Of a stretch of DNA of 64,000 nucleotides, positions 9,042 through 17,895 are shown in pieces. Source of the DNA: Candidatus Parcubacteria bacterium. Lineage in GTDB: Bacteria; Patescibacteriota; Patescibacteriia; Patescibacteriales; UBA12075. The stretch is from contig PKTK01000001.1 in assembly GCA_002869165.1 (NCBI GenBank), positions 382,005-446,004 on the forward strand. Reading direction: 5' to 3'. Made by a program: the position numbers and the translations under genes. The notes beneath the pieces are model-generated. The model did not search any database. It was given only the letters and a program-made list of their open reading frames with translations, and was not told the DNA's origin. Numbering within the stretch: position 1 is the stretch's first letter; each line of letters opens with the position of its first letter.

Positions 9042-9143
9042 ATGTTTTTTTTGTTTTTTATTCTATTAATTATACATTATTGGGATGAGAAGATAAAGAA
9101 TTGTAATTTATTGTTTAATATTAGTATAATACATAAAAAACAG

Positions 9144-9172
9144 TTGACATATCATTAAAAATGTGATATATT
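9144..9172 (+). promoter_or_regulatory. sigma70-like promoter with extended -10
   Basis: TTGACA (9144-9149), 17-nt spacer ending in TGa, TATATT (9167-9172). It lies upstream of the LemA-like gene, which has a GGGAGG SD. Confidence 0.55.
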
Positions 9173-9254
9173 AATGTATTATCTTTGATAATGTTATTAA
9201 GCGGTCATTTAAAGTTTTAGTAAAACATAATAATTCTAAAATGGGAGGTGTTAA

Positions 9255-9818
9255 ATGTTTATCGTTACTTCTTTGGTTAGTGCGATTTTGATGGTTGTCG
9301 GGGCAATTACCTCATTATCCAATATTTTTGGAGATGGTGCAGTCAACTTGCCACTTGTTGTTTTCGGCGGTGTTTTATTTGCTGTTGCATTATGTACCCT
9401 GTGGCTAAGTGTAGTTCAGGTCATAAAGAACTACTTCGTAGAGCTTCACACCTACGTAAAGCGCGAAGAAGCAGAAATTGGCGTTCTGGAAAAACAGTAT
9501 GAAGACCTGGAAAAGAAGCTTGAAGTATTGGTGGAAAAATATTTTTCACATGAAACCGGTTTACTCGATGCTGTCAAGGAAAGGAGTGCTGAAAAGTTAT
9601 CGGCACTATTTGAAAATTACCCTGAGCTGAAAGCTATGGGTGGTACAAAAGAGTTAATTGATAAAATTGTCAGATTGCGAATGAATATTTCAAACGCTCA
9701 AATATCATTTAACCGATCAGCCCGTGCGTACAACGAATACGCTCAAAAATCTCCATACAACAAATATGTTCCCGAGGAAATGGACAAAAAGATTAATTAC
9801 ATTGATCTTAAAGAATAA
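9255..9818 (+). CDS. LemA-family-like membrane protein (two N-terminal TM helices)
   Basis: ..YFSHETGLLDAVKER.., ..FENYPELKAM.. and ..ISNAQISFNRSARAYNEY.. parallel the LemA motifs (YaxHE, EAYPxLKA, ENxIaxaRxxYNxxvxxYN). Confidence 0.6.
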   Translation: MFIVTSLVSAILMVVGAITSLSNIFGDGAVNLPLVVFGGVLFAVALCTLWLSVVQVIKNYFVELHTYVKREEAEIGVLEKQYEDLEKKLEVLVEKYFSHETGLLDAVKERSAEKLSALFENYPELKAMGGTKELIDKIVRLRMNISNAQISFNRSARAYNEYAQKSPYNKYVPEEMDKKINYIDLKE

Positions 9819-9935
9819 CCCAAACCCTACGAACAAAATCTACAAAGGCACTTGCGTCTATCGCTGGTGCCTTTCTTCTTTTTTTAGTTGCTTTTTTATA
9901 AGAAAGTAGTAGTATTTAAGTATAGATATAATTAT

Positions 9936-10751
9936 ATGACAAAAAAAGAAAAATTTGATATAAATTCTTTGATTGAAAATAGTGGTCATGATTTTCATGA
10001 TAAAGTGATTAGCCTTTTTTCTGAACATGATTGGCAGACACTTCCAAGTCAATACTATGTCGATATAATAACTAAAAAAAGAAGGGAAATTGATATTATC
10101 GCATCAAAGGAATTTACGGCAAGTGATATTTTTCAGGAATCTTCAAAAAAATTAAAAATCAATCTATATATTGATGTTAAGCATATACCGAATCATAATG
10201 TCTTTTGGTTTGAGGAAAAGGATATTGAAAAAGCCGAAAAATTGGCTATGGATAATTTTATCTTAAGAAGAGAAAGAAACATTTTCTTAAAAAACACATC
10301 TGTAATCCCAAACATCATTCATCACTACATTCAAGACAATAAGGCTAGTAGGAAATGGTCTTTTGAAAAGAAAAAAGGATATAAGGATGATATATTTTTT
10401 AGTGCACAGGAGCAGGTTCTTCATTCATTACTTCACTATAGTAAAAACTCCAGTTATAACGAAATTCATTACCCAGTTATAATTATAAATTCATTTGATA
10501 AAATATTTATAAGAGACAACGGAGAAGCTATACCAGCTAAAAATAATTTTCAAATACAAATTGATTATTCTCATGGTGCGGACAAAATTAAAAAAAGTGA
10601 TTATTTTTTAATTGATATAATTGCTTTTGAATTTTTATCCAACTTTATAGAGCAAATAGAAAGTAATGATATAAAGATATTACTAGATCATCTTAGATTT
10701 AATTTGAGAACAAATAAGCCTAAACAATACAAACCAAGAAGCTTCAGGTGA
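9936..10751 (+). CDS. PD-(D/E)xK nuclease-fold-like protein (271 aa from MTKKEKFD...)
   Basis: ..GHDFHDKV...REIDIIAS...LYIDVKH.. resembles the G..fE / (E)IDiiA / (D/E)xK arrangement of Hjc/YraN-type restriction-endonuclease-fold proteins. Motif-level call only. Confidence 0.45.
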   Translation: MTKKEKFDINSLIENSGHDFHDKVISLFSEHDWQTLPSQYYVDIITKKRREIDIIASKEFTASDIFQESSKKLKINLYIDVKHIPNHNVFWFEEKDIEKAEKLAMDNFILRRERNIFLKNTSVIPNIIHHYIQDNKASRKWSFEKKKGYKDDIFFSAQEQVLHSLLHYSKNSSYNEIHYPVIIINSFDKIFIRDNGEAIPAKNNFQIQIDYSHGADKIKKSDYFLIDIIAFEFLSNFIEQIESNDIKILLDHLRFNLRTNKPKQYKPRSFR

Positions 10752-10803
10752 TTATTGATTTCTTATTTTAGTTCTGACTTCGTCCACGACCCCGAGCAAC
10801 TTT

Positions 10804-10828
10804 AAAAGCACCCTATTTGGGTGTTTTT
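10804..10828 (+). terminator. rho-independent terminator
   Basis: GCACCC-TATTT-GGGTGT followed by TTTT. Confidence 0.55.
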
Positions 10829-10930
10829 AAATTTGTTTGGAAGCAGGCTTTAGAACCCTTACTAACACACATATTAAAAAAATTAAATTATAAAATTTTT
10901 AGCTTAATTATTAATAACAGCATCTTTGTT

Positions 10931-11007
10931 GGTGAGAATTCCTGTCTCTGCTTCCATCAAGAAAACGATGTAAGAAAATCGTTTTTGTTGTAATATAAGT
11001 GAGAATT
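10931..11007 (+). repeat. second copy of the tRNA-3'-end/hairpin/25-mer repeat (putative distal att site)
   Basis: GGTGAGAATTCCTGTCTCTGCTTCCA (decayed tRNA 3' end), hairpin AAACGAT..ATCGTTT, and TTTTGTTGTAATATAAGTGAGAATT (10983-11007), which matches 5748-5772 at 24 of 25 positions. Confidence 0.65.
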
Positions 11008-11124
11008 AATTTGTCTAAAAATATATTTAAAAATTCTTGGAATATATTTTTTAATATTAATTTTTTTTATTTATTTTATCTTAAAATATGCTATAATAAA
11101 TGTAATTAACTATTTTTAAAATAA

Positions 11125-12261
11125 ATGAAATTCAACATTCTCACGAAAATTACTTTATTAATACTGCTCTTAAGTTTTGTCCCTTTGTCAATTTTAAGTT
11201 TTTTGTTGCTTAATAATCTTAGTAGCATGGAAAAAACTGCACTTGAAAAAGTTGAATACATGAAAAATGTTGCGGTAGAAGATAGTTTTAATTCATTAGA
11301 CAATTTAGGAGCTGAAATGATAAAAAATCAAGCGATTTTAACAAAAACATTACTTGATAATTATATCGAGAATCGTCCTGAAATTACCTTAGACGAATTA
11401 GTGACGAGTAAAGAATTTCAAACATTGGGAGTACAGTCTGTAGGAAAAAAAGGTTATACCGTGATTGTTCAAATTGATATTCAAAGAATGCTAGCACATC
11501 CAAATAAAGAGTTTCTTGGATTAGCTATGCTAGATTCATTGAGATCTAATCCAAAAATGGATGATTGGTGGCGAGTTGTTGAAGTAACATTTAATGATCA
11601 TTCAAAAGATACTTCTGGTTATTATAAGTGGCCAGAAGAAGATGGTAGTTATAGTGATAAATATTTATACATGACAGTCTTAAATAATCAGGTAGAAGGT
11701 AAAGATATATCAGTAGCAGCAACTACATACATTGATGAATTTAATGCTCCAGCAAAGCTACTTGATGGAAAATTAATTACAGAAAAATATAATATAATTA
11801 ATGAAATAAAAAACGTTAAAAAAAGAATAGAAAAAATTATTTTTATTTCTATCGCAATTTTGTTATTTTTTGTAATTTTTCTTTCTATTATTTTTAGTAA
11901 AAAATTAATTCAACCTATCAGGATTTTACATGACGGTTTCCGTGATGTGGGTAATAATGTTTCTAATGCAAGAGTTGAAATTAAGTCAAACGATGAAATG
12001 GAAGACCTTGGTTATGATTTCAATTCCATGGCAGAAAAGCTATCAGAACAAAAGAAAGAATTAGCTGATTATAATAAGACTTTAGAAAAGAAGGTCAAAG
12101 AAAGAACCTCTCAACTTTTAAAATCAAAAGAAAGTTTGGAGGCAAAAAATAGGGACCTGGAAAAATTTAATAAGATTGCCGTTGAAAGAGAGATGAAAAT
12201 GATACAGTTAAAGAAAAGAATAAGTGAACTAGAACAAAATAAAGAGAATGGAGGTGGGTAA
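11125..12261 (+). CDS. membrane sensor-like protein: extracytoplasmic Cache-like domain + HAMP + coiled coil, no output domain
   Basis: N-terminal TM, ~200-aa periplasmic-type domain, second TM, HAMP-like segment (..IQPIRILHDGFRDV...DEMEDLGYDFNSMAEKL..), then a coiled coil to the stop. No HisKA/HATPase/MCP signalling motifs are seen. Confidence 0.6.
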   Translation: MKFNILTKITLLILLLSFVPLSILSFLLLNNLSSMEKTALEKVEYMKNVAVEDSFNSLDNLGAEMIKNQAILTKTLLDNYIENRPEITLDELVTSKEFQTLGVQSVGKKGYTVIVQIDIQRMLAHPNKEFLGLAMLDSLRSNPKMDDWWRVVEVTFNDHSKDTSGYYKWPEEDGSYSDKYLYMTVLNNQVEGKDISVAATTYIDEFNAPAKLLDGKLITEKYNIINEIKNVKKRIEKIIFISIAILLFFVIFLSIIFSKKLIQPIRILHDGFRDVGNNVSNARVEIKSNDEMEDLGYDFNSMAEKLSEQKKELADYNKTLEKKVKERTSQLLKSKESLEAKNRDLEKFNKIAVEREMKMIQLKKRISELEQNKENGGG

Positions 12262-12353
12262 GTAATTCCTAAATTAATATAAGCAGAATATAGTAGCAAC
12301 AATTAAAGTAATATATTATAACTAATTTAACTTTAATAATTAATAAAAAAAGT

Positions 12354-12773
12354 ATGCTTATTCAAAAAATTCCAGGAAAAATGGCCTCCACCTGGGAGGA
12401 AGACTCAAAAGCTGTCCTAGACACATGGGAGACATACGATGTATCCCTTGATGAATTTAAGGACGCAATACTAAATAAAGGAATTAATTTTATCCAAGGA
12501 CGAGGTGCTGTTGCCTGGATTGTTGATTCCACAAAAGCAAAGGGAGTTTTCTCTCAAGAAATACAAGACTTTATAGGAAGTGATATTTTCCCAGCGTTTG
12601 TAAATAACGGAATTAAGTATTTTATTACTATTAAGCCAGAAGTTGCGAATTTAACTAGCTTAACTGTTAGTAATTATGCAGCCAAGGCAGGTCCAGCAGG
12701 AATGAAATTAGTAGATGTAAAAAGTGTAGCAGATGCGAAAATGTGGTTAAGAGAAAACGCTGACAAAAAATAA
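12354..12773 (+). CDS. hypothetical protein (139 aa)
   Basis: ORF downstream of the HAMP protein. No confident motif. An alternative start is M10 (MASTWEED). Confidence 0.5.
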   Translation: MLIQKIPGKMASTWEEDSKAVLDTWETYDVSLDEFKDAILNKGINFIQGRGAVAWIVDSTKAKGVFSQEIQDFIGSDIFPAFVNNGIKYFITIKPEVANLTSLTVSNYAAKAGPAGMKLVDVKSVADAKMWLRENADKK

Positions 12774-13045
12774 AAATATAATAATACATTTAAATAAGGA
12801 TGAGAAAAAAACCAGGTAGATGGTTGTTTTGAAGTTTTTGAAATTGATAAAATTGTTGCTAAAATAGCACTTTTTAGTGGTTCGGATATTGCAAAAATAG
12901 TAAGAAGAAGTCTTGAGAAAAAGACTTGTTTTTAATTTGAAGAAAAAAAGAAGTGGAAGCTGTAACAAAAAAGAATCTTTTGCTTGAAATTGAGTAATAT
13001 AAGAGAAGTAAAAATAACTAAACTATAGGTTTTGTGTAAAAGTAG

Positions 13046-13074
13046 AAGGCTATGAAATATCATAGCCTTTTTTA
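13046..13074. terminator. hairpin terminator
   Basis: AAGGCTATGA-AATA-TCATAGCCTT followed by T5; it sits just 3' of ftsX on the opposite strand. Confidence 0.55.
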
Positions 13075-13086
13075 TTGAAAAATAGA

Positions 13087-13998
13087 TTATGATTTTGAGT
13101 ATTTTCTCACAGCCAAGAGGCTAGCAAGCATGATGATAATGGCTGATACTAGGAACTGAGTACCGAAAATTGTAAAAATATTTGAGTAAAAATAGTTAAC
13201 TAGATCAACGTTGTAGCCTACAAAGAAAGCCTTGAGATATGGCTGGAGTAGTGCTAGAAACGGGTAGTAAAGAAACATGATAACAATAACACCAATACTA
13301 GAGTATATTAAGCTAGAAAAAAGATAAGGCATTTGTATGAACCAATTTGAAGCACCAACCAATCGCATAATGGTGATTTCCCTTCGGTGGGTATAGATTG
13401 CCACCCTAACAGAATTGTAAACAACTAATAAGGTTATAAATACAAATATAGTGCTCAAAAAAATACCTGCTTCACTAACTCTTTCGGTAATACTGTTTAT
13501 TTTTTCAAGCATAGACTCGTAGTTAGTGAAATTTTTTGACTCAATTATATTTGAATCAAGAGCATTTAACTGATTGATGAGATTATCAAATTCATTTAGA
13601 TTGGCTGGTGTTATGATTATGGTGGGTGTTAATGGGTTTTGACCAAGCTCAGTTAATGATTGTAGAATCTCGGGATTGTCTTGGTGCTTGTCCTTGAAAA
13701 GTATCAAAGCCTCTTCCTTAGAGATATATCTAGTTTCTTTGACATTGCTGATTTGTCTTATTCTTGATTCTAATATTTCAATATCTTTTTCACTAGTATC
13801 AGGTTTGATAAATAAATTAATATCAATTTTATCTTTGATAGCACCGACAGCTGCATCCCCCACAACTTTCACAACCAGAATCATGTTAACGGTAAAAAGT
13901 GCTAATATTAGTATAATAATAGTAACTAAAGACAACCAAATATTTCGAAAAATATCCTGGAAAGAAAATTTTATTACTCTGGCAAAAGAAAGTATCAT
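13087..13998 (-). CDS. ftsX: cell-division ABC transporter permease FtsX
   Basis: 303 aa with N-terminal TM, extracellular domain and three C-terminal TMs. Directly downstream of ftsE. Confidence 0.8.
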   Translation of the reverse strand: MILSFARVIKFSFQDIFRNIWLSLVTIIILILALFTVNMILVVKVVGDAAVGAIKDKIDINLFIKPDTSEKDIEILESRIRQISNVKETRYISKEEALILFKDKHQDNPEILQSLTELGQNPLTPTIIITPANLNEFDNLINQLNALDSNIIESKNFTNYESMLEKINSITERVSEAGIFLSTIFVFITLLVVYNSVRVAIYTHRREITIMRLVGASNWFIQMPYLFSSLIYSSIGVIVIMFLYYPFLALLQPYLKAFFVGYNVDLVNYFYSNIFTIFGTQFLVSAIIIMLASLLAVRKYSKS

Positions 13999-14064
13999 AG
14001 TTTGTAATAGTGGAATATTTTGTGCTCCCCCCCTTTTTTTTAAGAGAAGAAATTATATTATTGT

Positions 14065-14745
14065 TTAAAGTATATAACGACCAACTGCTTGGTCAGAAAT
14101 TATAGTGCCATTATCTATGGTGACTACTCTCCTTTTTAGTCTGTTTACTATTTCCCTATTGTGAGTTACTAAAATAACAGTAGTGCCGAATTTGTTAATT
14201 CTTAGTAGTAGTTCAATTATTTCATTAGCATTTAGAGAATCAAGGTTGCCAGTAGGCTCATCAGCTAAAAGAATTTTGGGACGGTGAACCAAGGCTCTGG
14301 CTATGGCAGCTCTTTGGCTTTCTCCACCTGAAACTTCTTGGGGGTATCTATCCATTTTCTTCTGTAGCCCTACAATTTTCATTACATGAGGAACAATTGT
14401 ATTAATTTTTTTGCTGCTTCCTCCACACACTTGCATGGCAAATGCAACATTTTCAAAAAGTGTTTTTTTGTTTAGTAATTTAAAATCTTGAAATATCACA
14501 CCAATTTGTCTTCTGAGCATTGGTACTTCACTTTGAGTAATATCAGTGATATCCCAACCACCAATTGTAATGCTTCCCTTGTCTATTTTCTCGTCTCCTA
14601 TCATTGTTTTTACCAGGGTGGTTTTTCCAGTTCCAGATTGCCCAACAATAGAAACAAACTCTCCTGGTTTGATGTGGAGGTTTATCCTATTTAAAGCAGT
14701 AATGTTTTCTGAATATAATTTTATAACGTTTTCAAATTTTATCAT
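14065..14745 (-). CDS. ftsE: cell-division ABC transporter ATP-binding protein FtsE
   Basis: Walker A GQSGTGKTT, signature VSGGESQR, Walker [12 protein letters not shown]. 226 aa. Confidence 0.85.
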   Translation of the reverse strand: MIKFENVIKLYSENITALNRINLHIKPGEFVSIVGQSGTGKTTLVKTMIGDEKIDKGSITIGGWDITDITQSEVPMLRRQIGVIFQDFKLLNKKTLFENVAFAMQVCGGSSKKINTIVPHVMKIVGLQKKMDRYPQEVSGGESQRAAIARALVHRPKILLADEPTGNLDSLNANEIIELLLRINKFGTTVILVTHNREIVNRLKRRVVTIDNGTIISDQAVGRYIL

Positions 14746-14750
14746 ACTAG

Positions 14751-16316
14751 TTAAATTCTTTGACTGTATTTGATTAGCTTTTCATTTTCTCTAAAACTGG
14801 TAGCTCTATCAGGAGATCCAAAAGTTACAACAATCACAGATTTAGTGTCAGAGATCTTTACTTTGGTAACCAGGCAATAGAGTGCTTCATCCAGGTAGCC
14901 TGTTTTTGATCCTTCAATGTTGTAAAGATTTTGTTTTATTATCTGATTGGTGTTTCGAATGCGCTTATGTACTTCGTATTCTAAGGTGTCAAATTCGTAT
15001 TCTGGAGTTACGCTAACAGAAGCCAAAAACTCATTAGCAAAGACATTTTTAGCTATTATGGCATAGTCATGGGCTGTAGTATAATTGAGCGGAGCTAGGC
15101 CGGTTGGCTCTATGAAATTGGTAGAAGTTGCACCCCAGGACGCGACAAGATCATTCATTTTTTGAATAAATACAGCTCTTGATAGACCGCTATTTCTTAC
15201 TAGTGTTTCTACGGCATTATTTGCTGATCCCACTAGAGCTGAATAAACTAGATTTTCTGCAGTAAGTTTCTCACCATCTCCTAGTTCAAGTTCTGCTGAT
15301 TCCCATGGTTTGCACCATTCGTAGTTGTATTGTGCGTCTTGACTTGAATATGTTACTATTTCATCTAAATCATCTTTTACAGTTAAATAAGTATAAATTG
15401 ATATAATCTTAGTTAAACTTGCCAAAGGTATTTTCTTGTTTACGTCTTGCTCAAACAATACTTCTCCAGTGTTTGCGTCTATTATAATAGAAGATGTGGC
15501 AATAGGCTCAGGTTTCGTGCTTACAACATCTGGGTGAACGCCCATGATATATCCTTCGTCATCAGCAACGATTTCAAGTGGTTCAATAGAAACATTAATA
15601 ATTCCCTCACTTAGATCAGCAATTTTAGCAAAAGCTAATTTATCTAAATCTATGGGTCTATCCGGGAAAATAGATCTATCTGGGCCGTAGTCATTAATTT
15701 CAACATCTACAAACTTGTCATTGTCTAGATTTGTAACTCTTAGTCTTGATCCTTTAGGAAAATCAGGGCTAGCAGCAAACAAGCCACCTTTATAAGCATA
15801 CCAACTTGCTTTTCCCTTGTTTAGGGTATCAGGAAATGAAAAAACAGCAATTCTGGCATAAGGTAAGTGGATCAAAGATCTTACGAATTGCTCCTCAGGA
15901 AAATCTTTGGTTGGTAATGGTCGCCAAGAAGAAAAATTCTTATCATAAAAAAATACTTGTTTGTATTTAGAAATCTCTTCTTCGTAATCTAATTGTATAT
16001 AAAATGGCTTATGATCATCATAGGCCGCTTTGTTTTTGAATTCAAATTGATAAACTGAACTCACTCTATCAAGACTCCAGGGCATAGGAAGTTCTTCGTG
16101 AAGTTCGATTACTTCAACAGGGGTTGAGCTACTTAGTATTCCGGGGACTAGTGAAAGCTTGATTGCGTCCTCAAAGGCTGTCACTGTGTAACCTTTGGCA
16201 ATAGTTTCTTTGTCTAATCTGATAGAAAAAACTTTGTTTTCAGAAGTCTGAGCAAAAATTAATACCGGGAAAAAAAGAACAAATAAAAAAATAAGGGTGT
16301 TTAGGGATTTTTTCAT
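14751..16316 (-). CDS. secreted fusion: RlpA-like double-psi beta-barrel + D-alanyl-D-alanine carboxypeptidase (S11)
   Basis: Signal peptide. DPBB-like ..ASWYAYKGGLFAASPDFPKGSRLRVTNLDNDKFVDVEINDYGP.. PBP motifs ASLTK (SxxK), GSANN (SxN) and SKTGY (KTG). Confidence 0.75.
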   Translation of the reverse strand: MKKSLNTLIFLFVLFFPVLIFAQTSENKVFSIRLDKETIAKGYTVTAFEDAIKLSLVPGILSSSTPVEVIELHEELPMPWSLDRVSSVYQFEFKNKAAYDDHKPFYIQLDYEEEISKYKQVFFYDKNFSSWRPLPTKDFPEEQFVRSLIHLPYARIAVFSFPDTLNKGKASWYAYKGGLFAASPDFPKGSRLRVTNLDNDKFVDVEINDYGPDRSIFPDRPIDLDKLAFAKIADLSEGIINVSIEPLEIVADDEGYIMGVHPDVVSTKPEPIATSSIIIDANTGEVLFEQDVNKKIPLASLTKIISIYTYLTVKDDLDEIVTYSSQDAQYNYEWCKPWESAELELGDGEKLTAENLVYSALVGSANNAVETLVRNSGLSRAVFIQKMNDLVASWGATSTNFIEPTGLAPLNYTTAHDYAIIAKNVFANEFLASVSVTPEYEFDTLEYEVHKRIRNTNQIIKQNLYNIEGSKTGYLDEALYCLVTKVKISDTKSVIVVTFGSPDRATSFRENEKLIKYSQRI

Positions 16317-16390
16317 ATTTTGCAGATTCTTTTTATTTTTTAATTATTTTCGTATTAATTATAACATATTTAGAAAAAAAGAAACAGACT

Positions 16391-17728
16391 CTAAAAGTTA
16401 ACTAATGACCAATAATTATACATCATTGACTCGTCATATAAGTATTTTTCCAAGCTAATGTTTGGGATATACACATAAGAGATTGAAGTGCTCTCGCTAT
16501 TTTTGTCAAAACAGTGAGCAATATAGTATCCAGATTTTGTGACAATAATGTCGGAGGTTTCGTTCTTTTTTAGGTCTATGACATCATTAGCAAATTCATA
16601 ATCATCTAATTTGTTTCTATATACAGTTGCCTGACCAACATCACCTAGTTTGCTAGCGGTTTTTATGAAATTGCCTTCTTCAGTAATAAGTTTTTTTATT
16701 TTAGAAATTCGGTTATAGGGAGCAAAGTTTATTTCTTCGTCATATATAATTTGTTCCTTAAGAGAATCTATATCGCTAGTTGAATATTTTAGAAATAACT
16801 TATTTAAGATTATTTGTTTTGCTAGATAAGTATGGAATTTTTCTGTACTATTGGAAGCAGTGTATTGTTCTTGGATTTTTTGATATTCTTTCAAATTCAT
16901 TATGCCATCAGAACTAATAATAGCTGGTATGGTTAATCTATTGGTAATAGCTCTTAAAAATTTACTTTGGTTTGAATAATTCAAAAGCACAAATGCAAGT
17001 ATCATGTAGACAAGAACAATAATAAGTAACACAATAATTACTAATTTTAAGCTATGTATGCACTTATTTTTTAGATTTATATAAAACTGTTTAGAATTGT
17101 TTTTGAAATTTTTCCATTTTGCCTTAGCTTTTTCTTTTTTAAGTATAGCCTCCTCTTCTTTTTTCTTTTTTTGTTTTTCCTCGTCTTGCTTTTTTTTCTT
17201 TTTTAGCTCTTCCTTTTCTTTTAGTCTTTTTGCTTTTTCATTTTCTCTTTTCTTTTGTAGTGTTAATTTTTCTTCCTCTTTTTTCTTTTTTTCTTCTTCT
17301 TTTATTCTTTCTTTTTCCTTCTTTTCCTGTTCAGTTTTTAATTTATTGCTTTCGTTATTTTTCCTTTTTTTAACTCTTTTCTTCTCGGCTTTTTTGTCGA
17401 GCTCTATTTTAGGGGGTGGACTTTTTTTCTTTTCTTCAGAAATACTTTCATTGTTTAACCCTTTACCTTCTTCTTCATTGGCTATCTCTTGATCAATGTT
17501 TAGTTTAGCCTTTTTAATCTTAACAGGATCTATTTTATTTTCTTCTTTTATTTTTTCTTTGTCGGGTTTTCTTCTCAATCCAAAAACACCATCAAGCATC
17601 TTTTCGCCTTGTGCTTTAGGTTTTGGTTTTTGCTCAGCTTCTTCGACAATAGAATCAAGGACAATTCGTCTTGATTTGTTAATGTCTCCTGGATTTATTT
17701 TTTTTATTCCGTCTACTAGTTTGTCCAT
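16391..17728 (-). CDS. membrane-anchored protein with long Lys/Glu-rich region and parvulin (PpiC)-like C-terminal domain
   Basis: ~200 aa of K/E low complexity, one TM, and a C-terminal ..GDVGQATVYRN...ETSDIIVTKSGYYIAHC.. that resembles PPIC-type PPIase. The domain call is tentative. Confidence 0.5.
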   Translation of the reverse strand: MDKLVDGIKKINPGDINKSRRIVLDSIVEEAEQKPKPKAQGEKMLDGVFGLRRKPDKEKIKEENKIDPVKIKKAKLNIDQEIANEEEGKGLNNESISEEKKKSPPPKIELDKKAEKKRVKKRKNNESNKLKTEQEKKEKERIKEEEKKKKEEEKLTLQKKRENEKAKRLKEKEELKKKKKQDEEKQKKKKEEEAILKKEKAKAKWKNFKNNSKQFYINLKNKCIHSLKLVIIVLLIIVLVYMILAFVLLNYSNQSKFLRAITNRLTIPAIISSDGIMNLKEYQKIQEQYTASNSTEKFHTYLAKQIILNKLFLKYSTSDIDSLKEQIIYDEEINFAPYNRISKIKKLITEEGNFIKTASKLGDVGQATVYRNKLDDYEFANDVIDLKKNETSDIIVTKSGYYIAHCFDKNSESTSISYVYIPNISLEKYLYDESMMYNYWSLVNF

Positions 17729-17895
17729 ATTTAATTAAAAAAATAGTTAAGCCATTTTTTGTAATTAGGGGTTTCCTTCTTTCTGTTTGCTTCTTCCAAT
17801 CCTTTTATGTTGTAGATACTATTGCTTGTTTCTTCGGTTTTTTTTATTTGTACATCTTCATCTTTTATAATTACTACACTTTCCCCTTCTTTTTT

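Larger units (their letters stand above)
5719..11007. mobile_element. putative integrated element at the tRNA-Gln 3' end (large-serine-recombinase type)
   Basis: Bounded by an imperfect direct repeat (5704-5772 vs 10941-11007) made of a tRNA 3' segment, a hairpin and a 25-mer. The recombinase gene abuts the tRNA. Cargo genes have no housekeeping assignment. Confidence 0.6.

Noticed and set aside
12780-13045. A ~270-nt gap after the 139-aa gene with a small hairpin (AAGTCTT-GAGAAA-AAGACTT + T-run, ~12910-12935) and a 73-aa minus-strand ORF.
   Set aside because: The ORF is low-complexity (Phe/Lys/Leu) with no SD. The hairpin is probably just the terminator of the upstream gene. There is not enough structure to call an RNA gene.
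17097-17738. Plus-strand ORFs (131 aa and 80 aa) rich in Phe/Ser/Leu, opposite the 445-aa gene.
   Set aside because: They are the antisense reading of the Lys/Glu-rich low-complexity region (a long pyrimidine-rich tract on the plus strand). They have no SD and no plausible protein composition.
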